DNA of 64,000 nt from Blastocatellia bacterium (lineage in GTDB: Bacteria; Acidobacteriota; Blastocatellia; UBA7656). The translations under genes and the position numbers were made by a program. The stretch lies in the NCBI GenBank assembly GCA_963765495.1, contig CAVXWP010000012.1, forward strand, positions 128,001 through 192,000. Reading direction: 5' to 3'. Shown piece after piece: positions 44,072-52,722 of the stretch. Below the pieces are notes generated by a model, which did not search any database, had not been told where the DNA came from, and worked only from the letters and a program-made list of their open reading frames with translations. Within the stretch, counting starts at the first letter, position 1, and each line of letters begins with the position of its first letter.

Positions 44072-45661
44072 ATGCCTGAAAGAGAAAAGCCAGACCTCGT
44101 TTCTGAACATTCTGCCTACAACAAGCTAAAAAATCCTTTGCGCGAGGGGATGAGGATTCAACGTGCCGCCGAACCCTGCGCTATGGTGCTGTTCGGCGCG
44201 TCGGGCGACCTCGCCCGCAGAAAGCTCATCCCCGCGCTCTTCAATCTGTGGCTCCAGCAGTTGCTCCCTCCGGGGTTCACACTGCTCGGCACATCGCGCA
44301 CCGAAATGGGAACAGACGAGTTTCGCCGGATAATGCGCGATGCGATAAGCGAATTCGAGCCCGATCTGAAGTTTGATGAACAGATGTGGCAGGCTTTTGC
44401 CGAAGGATTATTTTACGCGGCGGCCGATGCCGCAAAAGCGAGTGATTTCAAGACCCTGTTTTCGGAGCTTCAGCGGATCGAGCGCGAGCGCGGAACCGAA
44501 GGCAATCGCCTGTACTACCTCTCGATCCCTCCGAGCCTGTTCGACGCGATTGCCGATCAGATAAAAGAGTTCAATCTGACAAAACGCGAAAAAGGGTGGG
44601 ACCGAATAGTACTTGAAAAGCCCTTTGGCCGCGACCTCGACTCTGCCATCGAACTCAACGATAAGCTCGGAGAGATTTTCCGCGAAGACCAGGTATTTCG
44701 CATCGATCATTTTCTCGGCAAAGAGACGGTCCAAAACCTGCTGGTCTTTCGTTTCTCGAACGGTTTGTTCGAGCCCGTCTGGAATCGCCGCTATGTGGAT
44801 CACGTGCAGATCACGGCCGCCGAGCAGATCGGCGTAGGCTCGCGGGCGGGATTTTACGAAGAGGCGGGCGCGCTCCGCGATATGATTCAAAACCACTGCA
44901 TTCAGCTTCTGTCGCTTGTGGCGATGGACCCTCCCGTATCGTTTGAGGCCGAAGACGTGCGCAATGAAAAGGTGCGGCTCATGCACGCGATTCGCCCGTT
45001 TACGCACGAAGAGGTAAACGAGGCGGCCGTGCGCGGGCAGTACGGACCCGGCACGGTCAACGGAGAGCGCGTTGCTGGTTATCGCGAAGAAGAGGGGGTT
45101 GATCCTGAATCTGCGACCGAAACATACGCGGCGGTGAAGTTTGCCATCGACAACTGGCGCTGGGCCGATGTGCCTTTTTATATCCGTTCGGGGAAGCGAC
45201 TGGCCAAGAGAGTGACCGAGATCGCCATCAGATTCAAGCGCGTGCCTCATCTCTTATTCGGGCGCACGCCTGAAAATCAAATCGAGCCGAATCAGTTGAT
45301 ACTTCGCATACAGCCGGACGAAGGCATAACGCTCAGGTTCGGCGCAAAGGTGCCCGATCTGGAAGAATCCGAAGAGATGAAAATCCGCCAGGTCAACATG
45401 ACTTTTGAATACGACACGACGTTTGCCTCAGAGTTGCCGGAAGCCTACGAGCGATTGCTGCGCGACGCGATGCTCGGAGATGCGCGCCGTTTTGCGCGAC
45501 GCGACATGGTCGAGACCGCGTGGGCAATCGTTCAGCCTATACTCGATGTCTGGGGAGACGAGCGACCCGAGGATTTTCCAAACTACGACGCGGGCACGTG
45601 GGGGCCGGAGGCGGCTGATAAGTTGATAGAAAAAGACGGCTGCCGATGGCGCAGGCCATAA
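44072..45661 (+). CDS. zwf: glucose-6-phosphate dehydrogenase
   Basis: GASGDL, EKPFG, RIDHFLGKE, RDMIQNH, YERL; the track's N-terminal extension comes from the repeat. Confidence 0.96.
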   Translation: MPEREKPDLVSEHSAYNKLKNPLREGMRIQRAAEPCAMVLFGASGDLARRKLIPALFNLWLQQLLPPGFTLLGTSRTEMGTDEFRRIMRDAISEFEPDLKFDEQMWQAFAEGLFYAAADAAKASDFKTLFSELQRIERERGTEGNRLYYLSIPPSLFDAIADQIKEFNLTKREKGWDRIVLEKPFGRDLDSAIELNDKLGEIFREDQVFRIDHFLGKETVQNLLVFRFSNGLFEPVWNRRYVDHVQITAAEQIGVGSRAGFYEEAGALRDMIQNHCIQLLSLVAMDPPVSFEAEDVRNEKVRLMHAIRPFTHEEVNEAAVRGQYGPGTVNGERVAGYREEEGVDPESATETYAAVKFAIDNWRWADVPFYIRSGKRLAKRVTEIAIRFKRVPHLLFGRTPENQIEPNQLILRIQPDEGITLRFGAKVPDLEESEEMKIRQVNMTFEYDTTFASELPEAYERLLRDAMLGDARRFARRDMVETAWAIVQPILDVWGDERPEDFPNYDAGTWGPEAADKLIEKDGCRWRRP

Positions 45662-45683
45662 TAATAGAGAAAGCGAGACCTTG

Positions 45684-46226
45684 ATGCCGACATTTGCAAG
45701 AACCATCAATGTGGAGATGGAATGGCTCGATGACGCGAGTTTCGAGATACGCGGCACGCTCAAAGATAACGTCCATTCGCTTCGAGCGCGCCTCGTCGTG
45801 GGCTTTCCCGATTATGTGATACGCGAGGCCACGGGCGAGATAAACCGTATGCCTTACCCCGGTTTTTGCACGGGCGCGGTCGCGCCGCTCGAAAGCCTCG
45901 CGGGTCTCAGGATAGGGCGGGGTTTTCGCAAGCGGGCGGGCGAACTGCTTGGCGGGGCCGCAAGCTGCAATCATCTGCACACGCTCATAAACGATATGGC
46001 CGCAAGCGCCTTTCAGATGAATTATCTGGCGGCCAAGCAAAGACCCGAAGCCGCCAAAGCTATTCGTGAGCTTGGCGACGATCACGCGCGCCGCCGCGAG
46101 ATGGTGCTCGGATGGATGCCGCAGTTAAGGGATACCTGTTATGTTTTCAGCGAGGCCAACGATTCGCTCTTTCAACTGAAGAGAGAGAGACTGCCTGAAG
46201 ATGATCCTATTGTAAAATCTGAGTGA
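45684..46226 (+). CDS. DUF2889-like protein
   Basis: PYPGFC, GLRIGRGF, LGGAASCNHL, DTCY motifs. Confidence 0.75.
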   Translation: MPTFARTINVEMEWLDDASFEIRGTLKDNVHSLRARLVVGFPDYVIREATGEINRMPYPGFCTGAVAPLESLAGLRIGRGFRKRAGELLGGAASCNHLHTLINDMAASAFQMNYLAAKQRPEAAKAIRELGDDHARRREMVLGWMPQLRDTCYVFSEANDSLFQLKRERLPEDDPIVKSE

Positions 46227-46238
46227 GGAGTCACAGGG

Positions 46239-46679
46239 ATGGGAAAATATTTTGAAGACTTCGAACCGGGCGAAGAGTCCGTGACCGCAGGCCGCACTAT
46301 AACAGAGACCGACATAGTGAATTTCGCAGGCATAACCGGCGACTGGAACGAGATTCACACAAACAGGGAGTTGGCCGAGCGCGGCCCCTTCAAGCAGCGC
46401 ATAGCTCACGGCGCGCTCATCTTCTCAATCTCTACGGGGCTCTCCGTGCGAATGGGGCAGACCGCCGACACGGTGATAGCCTTTTACGGGCTCGACCGGC
46501 TGAGGTTCGTCAAGCCGACCTTTATCGGTGATACGATCCACGTTCGCCAGAAGGTAGAAGAGAAGATGGAACGGGACGAACGCTCCGGGCTCATCACTAT
46601 GCTCAACGAAGTGATCAACCAGCGGGATGAAGTAGTCGTAAGCTATACGGCGAAAGTGCTGCTCAAGCGCCGCGCCTGA
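46239..46679 (+). CDS. MaoC-family dehydratase
   Basis: YFEDF, GRTITETD, GDWNEIH, IAHG, PTFIGDTI. Confidence 0.92.
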   Translation: MGKYFEDFEPGEESVTAGRTITETDIVNFAGITGDWNEIHTNRELAERGPFKQRIAHGALIFSISTGLSVRMGQTADTVIAFYGLDRLRFVKPTFIGDTIHVRQKVEEKMERDERSGLITMLNEVINQRDEVVVSYTAKVLLKRRA

Positions 46680-46757
46680 CAACAGGATTAACAAGATTTG
46701 GAAGGATTAACAGGATTCTTTCCTTATCTTCTTGAATCCTGTTAATCCTGTCTAAAA
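46677..46757. repeat. 9-nt periodic (AACAGGATT) fold-back element
   Basis: aacaggattaacaagatttggaaggattaacaggatt ... aatcctgttaatcctgtctaaaa. Confidence 0.88.
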
Positions 46758-46829
46758 AAACCGGCTCTCCATTCTCGTGCGCTCCGATTCAGCGCCGGGG
46801 TCATATTTTGATCGCGAGAGGTTCGATCA

Positions 46830-47387
46830 ATGCCTGTCAACAGAACTGATACTGCGCGAAGGTTTCTGGCCAAAGAGATGGCGAAGCTCTCGGAACAGGA
46901 GCGCGCTATAATCGAACGGTTCATCCATCGCGGGCGGGTGGCGCGCAACGTAGCCCACGAGTTCGAGCAGCAATTGTCGATGGGCGAGCGCGTCTCTGAT
47001 CGTTTTGCCGAGGTGATGGGTTCGTGGCGGTTTATAATAATTCAATCCATAATCCTCGTCATCTGGGTTGCGCTCAATATCACGGCCTACGTCCGGCACT
47101 GGGACCCTTATCCGTTTATCCTGCTCAACCTGGCGCTCTCGTTTCAGGCCGCATACGCCGCGCCGATCATAATGATGAGCCAGAACCGGCAGGCCGACAA
47201 AGACCGCCTGCAATCGAAAAACGATTATGAGGTAAACCTCAAGGCTGAGATGGAGATCATGCAACTGCACGAAAAACTGAACGAGTTGCGCGACCTCTAC
47301 TGGGCCGACCTGATTCAAATGCAGCAGAGGCAGATCGAGTTGCTTGAGCGGATAGAATGCTCGGTTGACAGATCGATTTCCGAGTAG
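46830..47387 (+). CDS. DUF1003 membrane protein
   Basis: GSWRFI, DPYPFILLNL, APIIMMSQNRQ, VNLKAE. Confidence 0.92.
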   Translation: MPVNRTDTARRFLAKEMAKLSEQERAIIERFIHRGRVARNVAHEFEQQLSMGERVSDRFAEVMGSWRFIIIQSIILVIWVALNITAYVRHWDPYPFILLNLALSFQAAYAAPIIMMSQNRQADKDRLQSKNDYEVNLKAEMEIMQLHEKLNELRDLYWADLIQMQQRQIELLERIECSVDRSISE

Positions 47388-47408
47388 TGACTGCACAAGG
47401 AGATTAAT

Positions 47409-49091
47409 ATGCAAACGATGACGGGCGCGGAAGCGCTGTACGAAATGCTTGTGCGCGAAGGCACACGCTATGTATTCGGCAACCCCGGAACGACCGAGCT
47501 TCCGCTTATGGATTTGTTCGCCGCCCGCGACGAGATCACATACATTCTGGCTTTGCACGAAGATTCCGCTCTGGGGATGGCCGCGGGCTACGCCGATGCT
47601 ACGGGGCGGGCGGCTGTCGTCAATCTTCACACGAATCCGGGGCTTGCTCACGCGCTCGGCAATCTCTATAACGCATATCGCGCGGGCACTCCGCTGATAG
47701 TCACAGCCGGGCAGCAGGACACGCGGGCGATGATTGACGAGCCGCTTCTGTTTGCGGACATGCTTGAACTCGCCCGCCAGCATACGAAGTGGGTATGGGA
47801 AGCGCGTCACGCATCCGAGGTGCCCCGCCTTGTGGCTCGCGCATTCAAGATAGCCGAGACCCCGCCGACCGGCCCCGTCTTCATCTCCTTTCCCGTGGAT
47901 GTTCTCGAAGAAAAGGCCGACATCGAATTGCCCGCGATCACTCGAATAGGCTCGCGGATACGCGGCGACCGCGAAAAAATCGAAGAGGCGGCCAGAATGC
48001 TTGCCACGGCGCAGAACCCTGCGATCATCGCGGGCGACGGCTGCGCGAGAAGCGGCGCGGTGCCGGAAGTCGTAAGACTTGCCGAAATCCTTGGCGCGCG
48101 AGCCCACGTCGAACCGCTAAACTCGCTGATGGATTTTCCAACGACGCATCCGCTTTATGCCGGGCCTCTGTTCCCAAACGCTCAACAGACAAACACGATC
48201 CTCGAAGGCGTTGACGTGATTCTCCTGCTCGGAGTAAACACGCTCGCGCCCCTGGTCTATACCGGTGCCAGTATGCTTCCCCGTTCCGCGCGGCTCATTC
48301 AGATAGATGTGAACGACCGCGAACTGGGCAAGAATTACTTTGCGGATGTAGCCGTGCTTGCCGACCCCCGCTCAGGCGTAGAAGAATTGATCGAGGCGCT
48401 TGCGCCGCTCGTCGCGGGAGGGGCGGCTGAAAAGATTGCCCATCGCAGAGAAGCTGTGACGGCGGCCATCGCGGAAGCGCGCGCAAAGTTTGTCGAGCAA
48501 TCCCTATCAGCGCCCGATGAAGGGCCGATACCGCCCGCTTACCTTGTGCGCGAGATGCGCCGGGCGGCCTCAAAGGACGCCGTGCTCGTAGACGAAGCCG
48601 TGACATCGACGGCTTATGTCCGAACTCTTTTCGGCGCGGCGGAACCCGATACGTACTTTTATGCGAAGGCGGGGTCGCTTGGGCTTGGGCTTCCGGCGGC
48701 TGTAGGGGTCAAGCTTGCGATGCCCGACCGTCAGGTTATTTGCGCGGTGGGTGACGGGTCGGCGCTCTATTCCATTCAGGCGCTCTGGACGGCGGCGCGC
48801 TACAATCTGGCTGTAGTCTTTGTGATCTTTAACAACGCAAGCTACGCAATACTCAAAGGCGGATTGCTCGCGATGCAGGGCGCATCGGTCGAGCGCGGGA
48901 AGTTTACGGGGATGGATTTGACCGAGCCTGAAATTAATTTCGTAAAACTATCGGAGGGGCTGGGAATCGCGGCGCGCCAGGTCCTGAATAAATCAGAGTT
49001 GCAGCCCGCGCTCGACTGGGCGTTTGCACAAACGGGGCCGACTCTAATCGATGTGGCTATCAGCCGCGATGTGCGAAGCCTTTTGCGCTGA
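47409..49091 (+). CDS. TPP-dependent enzyme, benzoylformate decarboxylase-like
   Basis: FGNPGTTELP, HE, GQQD, GDGSALY...NN TPP-binding motif. Confidence 0.88.
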   Translation: MQTMTGAEALYEMLVREGTRYVFGNPGTTELPLMDLFAARDEITYILALHEDSALGMAAGYADATGRAAVVNLHTNPGLAHALGNLYNAYRAGTPLIVTAGQQDTRAMIDEPLLFADMLELARQHTKWVWEARHASEVPRLVARAFKIAETPPTGPVFISFPVDVLEEKADIELPAITRIGSRIRGDREKIEEAARMLATAQNPAIIAGDGCARSGAVPEVVRLAEILGARAHVEPLNSLMDFPTTHPLYAGPLFPNAQQTNTILEGVDVILLLGVNTLAPLVYTGASMLPRSARLIQIDVNDRELGKNYFADVAVLADPRSGVEELIEALAPLVAGGAAEKIAHRREAVTAAIAEARAKFVEQSLSAPDEGPIPPAYLVREMRRAASKDAVLVDEAVTSTAYVRTLFGAAEPDTYFYAKAGSLGLGLPAAVGVKLAMPDRQVICAVGDGSALYSIQALWTAARYNLAVVFVIFNNASYAILKGGLLAMQGASVERGKFTGMDLTEPEINFVKLSEGLGIAARQVLNKSELQPALDWAFAQTGPTLIDVAISRDVRSLLR

Positions 49092-49092
49092 G

Positions 49093-49263
49093 TCATTCTT
49101 CTTCGATCAGGCGGCGCGGGTCTTTTTTATGTTTCTCCCGCCGTTCTTCCTTGTGACGTTTGTCTTCGATTTTCTTTGTAGGCATTATCGGAGCACGCTC
49201 TCGCGGGCGGAGTTTCTCTTTCTCAATAGTTATCTTTTCATTCTTTTTTGCCATGTTGTTCAT
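49093..49263 (-). CDS. 56-aa highly charged basic protein (not in ORF track)
   Basis: Manual translation MNNMAKKNEKITIEKEKLRPRERAPIMPTKKIEDKRHKEERREKHKKDPRRLIEEE*; GAGGGG upstream; fills the gap convergent with the TPP enzyme. Confidence 0.65.
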   Translation of the reverse strand: MNNMAKKNEKITIEKEKLRPRERAPIMPTKKIEDKRHKEERREKHKKDPRRLIEEE

Positions 49264-49442
49264 GCCCCTCTTGTGCTAAAAGCTGATACATAGAATGATT
49301 TTACCAAGGAATTGCCGATGTATCAGCCGGAAGTGAGATGTCACAGCCTCCGGGAATATTGACAGAGATTTCAGGCCGCATAAAATACACTGGATGGTTG
49401 GCGAATAGTCACACTCAGGTCGAGCGCGGGAGACGAATATAG

Positions 49443-50213
49443 ATGAGTTCAAACAATCCCCATATTCTGATCATCGAGGACGATGAGGATACGCGCTTCG
49501 TCTATAGCATACTGCTGAAGATGGAAGGCTATCTGGTCACAAACGTAGGCACCATCGCCGAAGGATTATCGAGAGTGCTTTCGACCAGTTACGATTTGAT
49601 AATGATGGATGTCAGGCTCCCGGATGGAGACGGGGTCGAGTTATGCAGAAAGATAAGATCGTTCAATCGAGTGACCCCCATTCTGTTTGTCTCAGCCGCG
49701 GCATACGAAAAAGATGTTCAGCGCGGTATGCAGGCGGGCGCTCAAGGATATATCACAAAACCGGCCGATGCCGATAACCTGCTCGATAAAGTATCCTACC
49801 TGCTCGGACAAAAAGGGATGGGGTCGTCGCAGTTGGATTACACGGCGCTGGCGGGTCTGGTCGCGGAAGCGCCCGTCGCTGTGGCGCTGATAGATGCGAA
49901 CCGGCAGTACAAGGCAGTAAGCCCGGCCTATGCAGCCGCGGGCGGGTACAAAAGAGCCGATTTGATAGGCAAGCCTGTGACCGATATTTTCCCTGATGTA
50001 AGCGGAGAGGCGGGCCAGTTGCTCGAACAGGTTCAGCAGACCAAACAACCTTCTTTTATCTCGCGTTACGCCCTCTCGTTTCCCAACCAGCCCGAACGCG
50101 GCATCACTTATTGGGACGCCGCGATGTGGCCCATCGAAAGCGGCCTGTCAGGCCCCGATATCCTGATCGTCGTTCGCCAGAAAGAGCAAAGCGGCGACAT
50201 TGCCACTACGTGA
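49443..50213 (+). CDS. response regulator (REC + PAS)
   Basis: IIEDD, MDVRLPDGDG, YITKP; C-terminal PAS4-like region; TTGACA-N16-TAAAAT at 49359-49386. Confidence 0.85.
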   Translation: MSSNNPHILIIEDDEDTRFVYSILLKMEGYLVTNVGTIAEGLSRVLSTSYDLIMMDVRLPDGDGVELCRKIRSFNRVTPILFVSAAAYEKDVQRGMQAGAQGYITKPADADNLLDKVSYLLGQKGMGSSQLDYTALAGLVAEAPVAVALIDANRQYKAVSPAYAAAGGYKRADLIGKPVTDIFPDVSGEAGQLLEQVQQTKQPSFISRYALSFPNQPERGITYWDAAMWPIESGLSGPDILIVVRQKEQSGDIATT

Positions 50214-50215
50214 GC

Positions 50216-50338
50216 AGAAGTAGGCAGTAGGCAGTTTGTAGTGACGGAGACGCATACCAACTACTCATATGCCATACCTGGCTAGGTGTTCCTGGCCTTT
50301 TAGCTTTGGACTTGATCGTCTGCCTACTGCCTACTTCT
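50216..50338. repeat. heptamer (AGTAGGC) fold-back element
   Basis: Perfect 19-bp arms 50216-50234 and 50320-50338; right arm contains the ppiD/surA stop. Confidence 0.88.
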
Positions 50339-52511
50339 TCGGCGCCGGTACAGCGGGGCCGCCCGGCAAGGTGCGTCCGGGGATTCGCGGAACTGCGGGC
50401 GGCAGACTCTGATTCGGCCGAGCTTGCGGCAGACCCTGCGGCAGACCCCGACCGGGGAAACCGCCTGCCTGTCCCGGGCCCGGAATAGGCGATCCACCGA
50501 TTGGTGCGCCTATCGCTGAATCAATCAGGCTTTGATAGATTTTGATGTCGCCCGCGTCTTTCAGACGTTTCTCAAGCGCCTCCAGGTAATTCATAAACAG
50601 GGCGGTGCGTTTGGTCGTCAGCAGATTCTCTTCGATGGATTTCTGCTGATTCTTAAACGCATCTCCCATATCGGGGTCGGTGCGGCTCAAAAGCGATGCG
50701 ACTACATATGTATCGTCTGACGGAGACTTTATCGGCTCGTGCGTTACCTGACCGGGACTCAGATTATAGATAGGGATGCGATTGCCTTCGTTTACCAGCG
50801 AGCCTATTGAATCGCTCGCCGTCAGGCTCTCTCTTTCGTCTATCTTCAATCCCATAGCGGCTACCGCCGCCTTCAGCGCATCGCCCGTCTGCGCCTGGGC
50901 AAGTTGCCTGGCGCGTTCTGCGGCCAGGTCTTTTGCTTTTTCAGCGCGATAACTGTTTTCGACTTTTGCTTTTACGTCTTCAAAATTGGCGTCGCGCGGA
51001 TCGCTCTTTTCCAGATACCTCGCGACCGCGATACCGCCTGTGACGTTTATCGGCTCGGTCACATCGCCGGGGTTGGCAAGATTGAAGATCTGAGACTCAA
51101 ACTCGGAAGCCGTGCCGAGATCGGGGATGTTGTCGCCTACCGCAAATAGCGGCGTCTGTCTGGCCGTGGCCACTTCAGCGCCGTACTTGTCGTTGATCTC
51201 TTTGGCCGCATCATCGGCCGACTTGTTCTCTTTCATCTTCTGCTGAACTTCGCCCGCGATCTCGATTGCCTTTGTGTAGCTCTTCTTAACGCGGGCTTCT
51301 TTCAACAGTTGCTCGCGCGCCTCTTCGAAAGTCGGGAGCTTTCGTTCGGTGACCTTCAGAATATAAAACTTATCGCCCTTGCGTATGGGCTGGCTCACAT
51401 CTCCCTGTTGCATGTTAAAGACGCGATTGAGCGGATCGTCCGTCTCGCGTTTGTCATTCTTGTTGATCCATCCGATGTCGCCACCTGAGGCTTTGCTCTT
51501 CGCATCGTTGCTGTACTGTCTGGCAAGCGCCGCGAAATCTTCTGCCTGCCCGTTGCCTGTGCCCTTGGCGCGGTTAACGATGTCTTCGGCCTTATTCTTT
51601 GCCTCTGCCGTCGGATCTGTAACGGGGGCGGCGGCGTTGCTGTTAGAAGTCTTGGCATCCTTACTCGGGGCGGCTTTGGGGATGTCGAGGACTATCTGGC
51701 TGACGCGCACCTGTTGTACGCCTCGTTCGGGGTTGAAATCCTGTTTCAATTCATCGTCGGTCACCTGCACGGTCGCCATCGCCTTGTTCTGATCGACCAG
51801 CACATAGCCGGCGCGGCGCTGCTCCTGGTTTATGCGGAAATCAGACTTGTGCTCGTCGAAGTAAGCCATGAGACCGGCATCATCCACCTGGACTTTGTCG
51901 TGAAGCTCATTGGGATTCACTTCGACCCATCGAACGGTGTATTTGGTATTGTTGTGGCGGTAATCCTGTTCGACCTCTTCGGGCGAGACCTGAATGGCGG
52001 CCCCGATATAGCCGCGCAGCTTTTCTTCGGCTATGGCGGCCCGGAGATTATCTTCGAATTCAACGGGCTTTACGCCAACCTGTTGAAGCCGCGCACGATA
52101 CTGCTCGGGTCCGGGCCAGGGGTTGAATAATTGCTTGAGGCGATCCTGCACTTCGTTGTCTGTGGTCTGGAAGTTGAGCTTGTCGGCCTCGTAAAGGATC
52201 AGTTTCTGACGAACGAGATTGTCAATCACCTGTGGTCCGTAATTGGCGTAGATCACGGAGGGGTCGTCGACTCGCGTGGACCCTTGCCCGGAGGCGATCT
52301 GCCGTCCGAAGGTCGAAAGCGCGGTGCGCAATTCTCCGAGCGTGATCTCACGATCAGCCACTTTGGCTATAACGGTGTCTTCGCCCCCCTGTCCTCTCAG
52401 CCCGCCTGCCGACGGCATGAAGACCACGATAAGACCCAGAGCCAGAAGCCCTACGAATATTATAAGCACGATATTGCGCGAACGTTTGCGTCTACCTAAA
52501 AACTTCAACAT
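50331..52511 (-). CDS. PpiD/SurA-type periplasmic chaperone, parvulin PPIase
   Basis: N-terminal TM, SurA_N-like region, FAALARQYS..SGGDIGW rotamase motif; start at ATG 52511 after GGAGG. Confidence 0.88.
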   Translation of the reverse strand: MLKFLGRRKRSRNIVLIIFVGLLALGLIVVFMPSAGGLRGQGGEDTVIAKVADREITLGELRTALSTFGRQIASGQGSTRVDDPSVIYANYGPQVIDNLVRQKLILYEADKLNFQTTDNEVQDRLKQLFNPWPGPEQYRARLQQVGVKPVEFEDNLRAAIAEEKLRGYIGAAIQVSPEEVEQDYRHNNTKYTVRWVEVNPNELHDKVQVDDAGLMAYFDEHKSDFRINQEQRRAGYVLVDQNKAMATVQVTDDELKQDFNPERGVQQVRVSQIVLDIPKAAPSKDAKTSNSNAAAPVTDPTAEAKNKAEDIVNRAKGTGNGQAEDFAALARQYSNDAKSKASGGDIGWINKNDKRETDDPLNRVFNMQQGDVSQPIRKGDKFYILKVTERKLPTFEEAREQLLKEARVKKSYTKAIEIAGEVQQKMKENKSADDAAKEINDKYGAEVATARQTPLFAVGDNIPDLGTASEFESQIFNLANPGDVTEPINVTGGIAVARYLEKSDPRDANFEDVKAKVENSYRAEKAKDLAAERARQLAQAQTGDALKAAVAAMGLKIDERESLTASDSIGSLVNEGNRIPIYNLSPGQVTHEPIKSPSDDTYVVASLLSRTDPDMGDAFKNQQKSIEENLLTTKRTALFMNYLEALEKRLKDAGDIKIYQSLIDSAIGAPIGGSPIPGPGQAGGFPGRGLPQGLPQARPNQSLPPAVPRIPGRTLPGGPAVPAPKK

Positions 52512-52722
52512 GACGGTTTTAATGCCTCCGATAGATTGCCTGGCCTGGCAGGCAAGAAAAATTTGATCCGGGAAAAAGGGAATTTTAGATGAATCCTTGC
52601 ACCCTTGACAACCCTGCCGGAAAAAAGTTTTTGACACTCTCCCGGCAAATCTGCTAAATTCAGTCACTTGTAGACCTGTCCGTCTCCGCGGCATGGGCAA
52701 GTTCCGGCAGGGAAGGAAATAA

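Noticed and set aside
46827-48107. 426-aa minus-strand ORF
   Set aside because: Antisense shadow of DUF1003 and the TPP enzyme with no recognisable motifs; the same applies to the other long antisense ORFs (e.g. 13885-16299, 40242-41084, 44408-45250)
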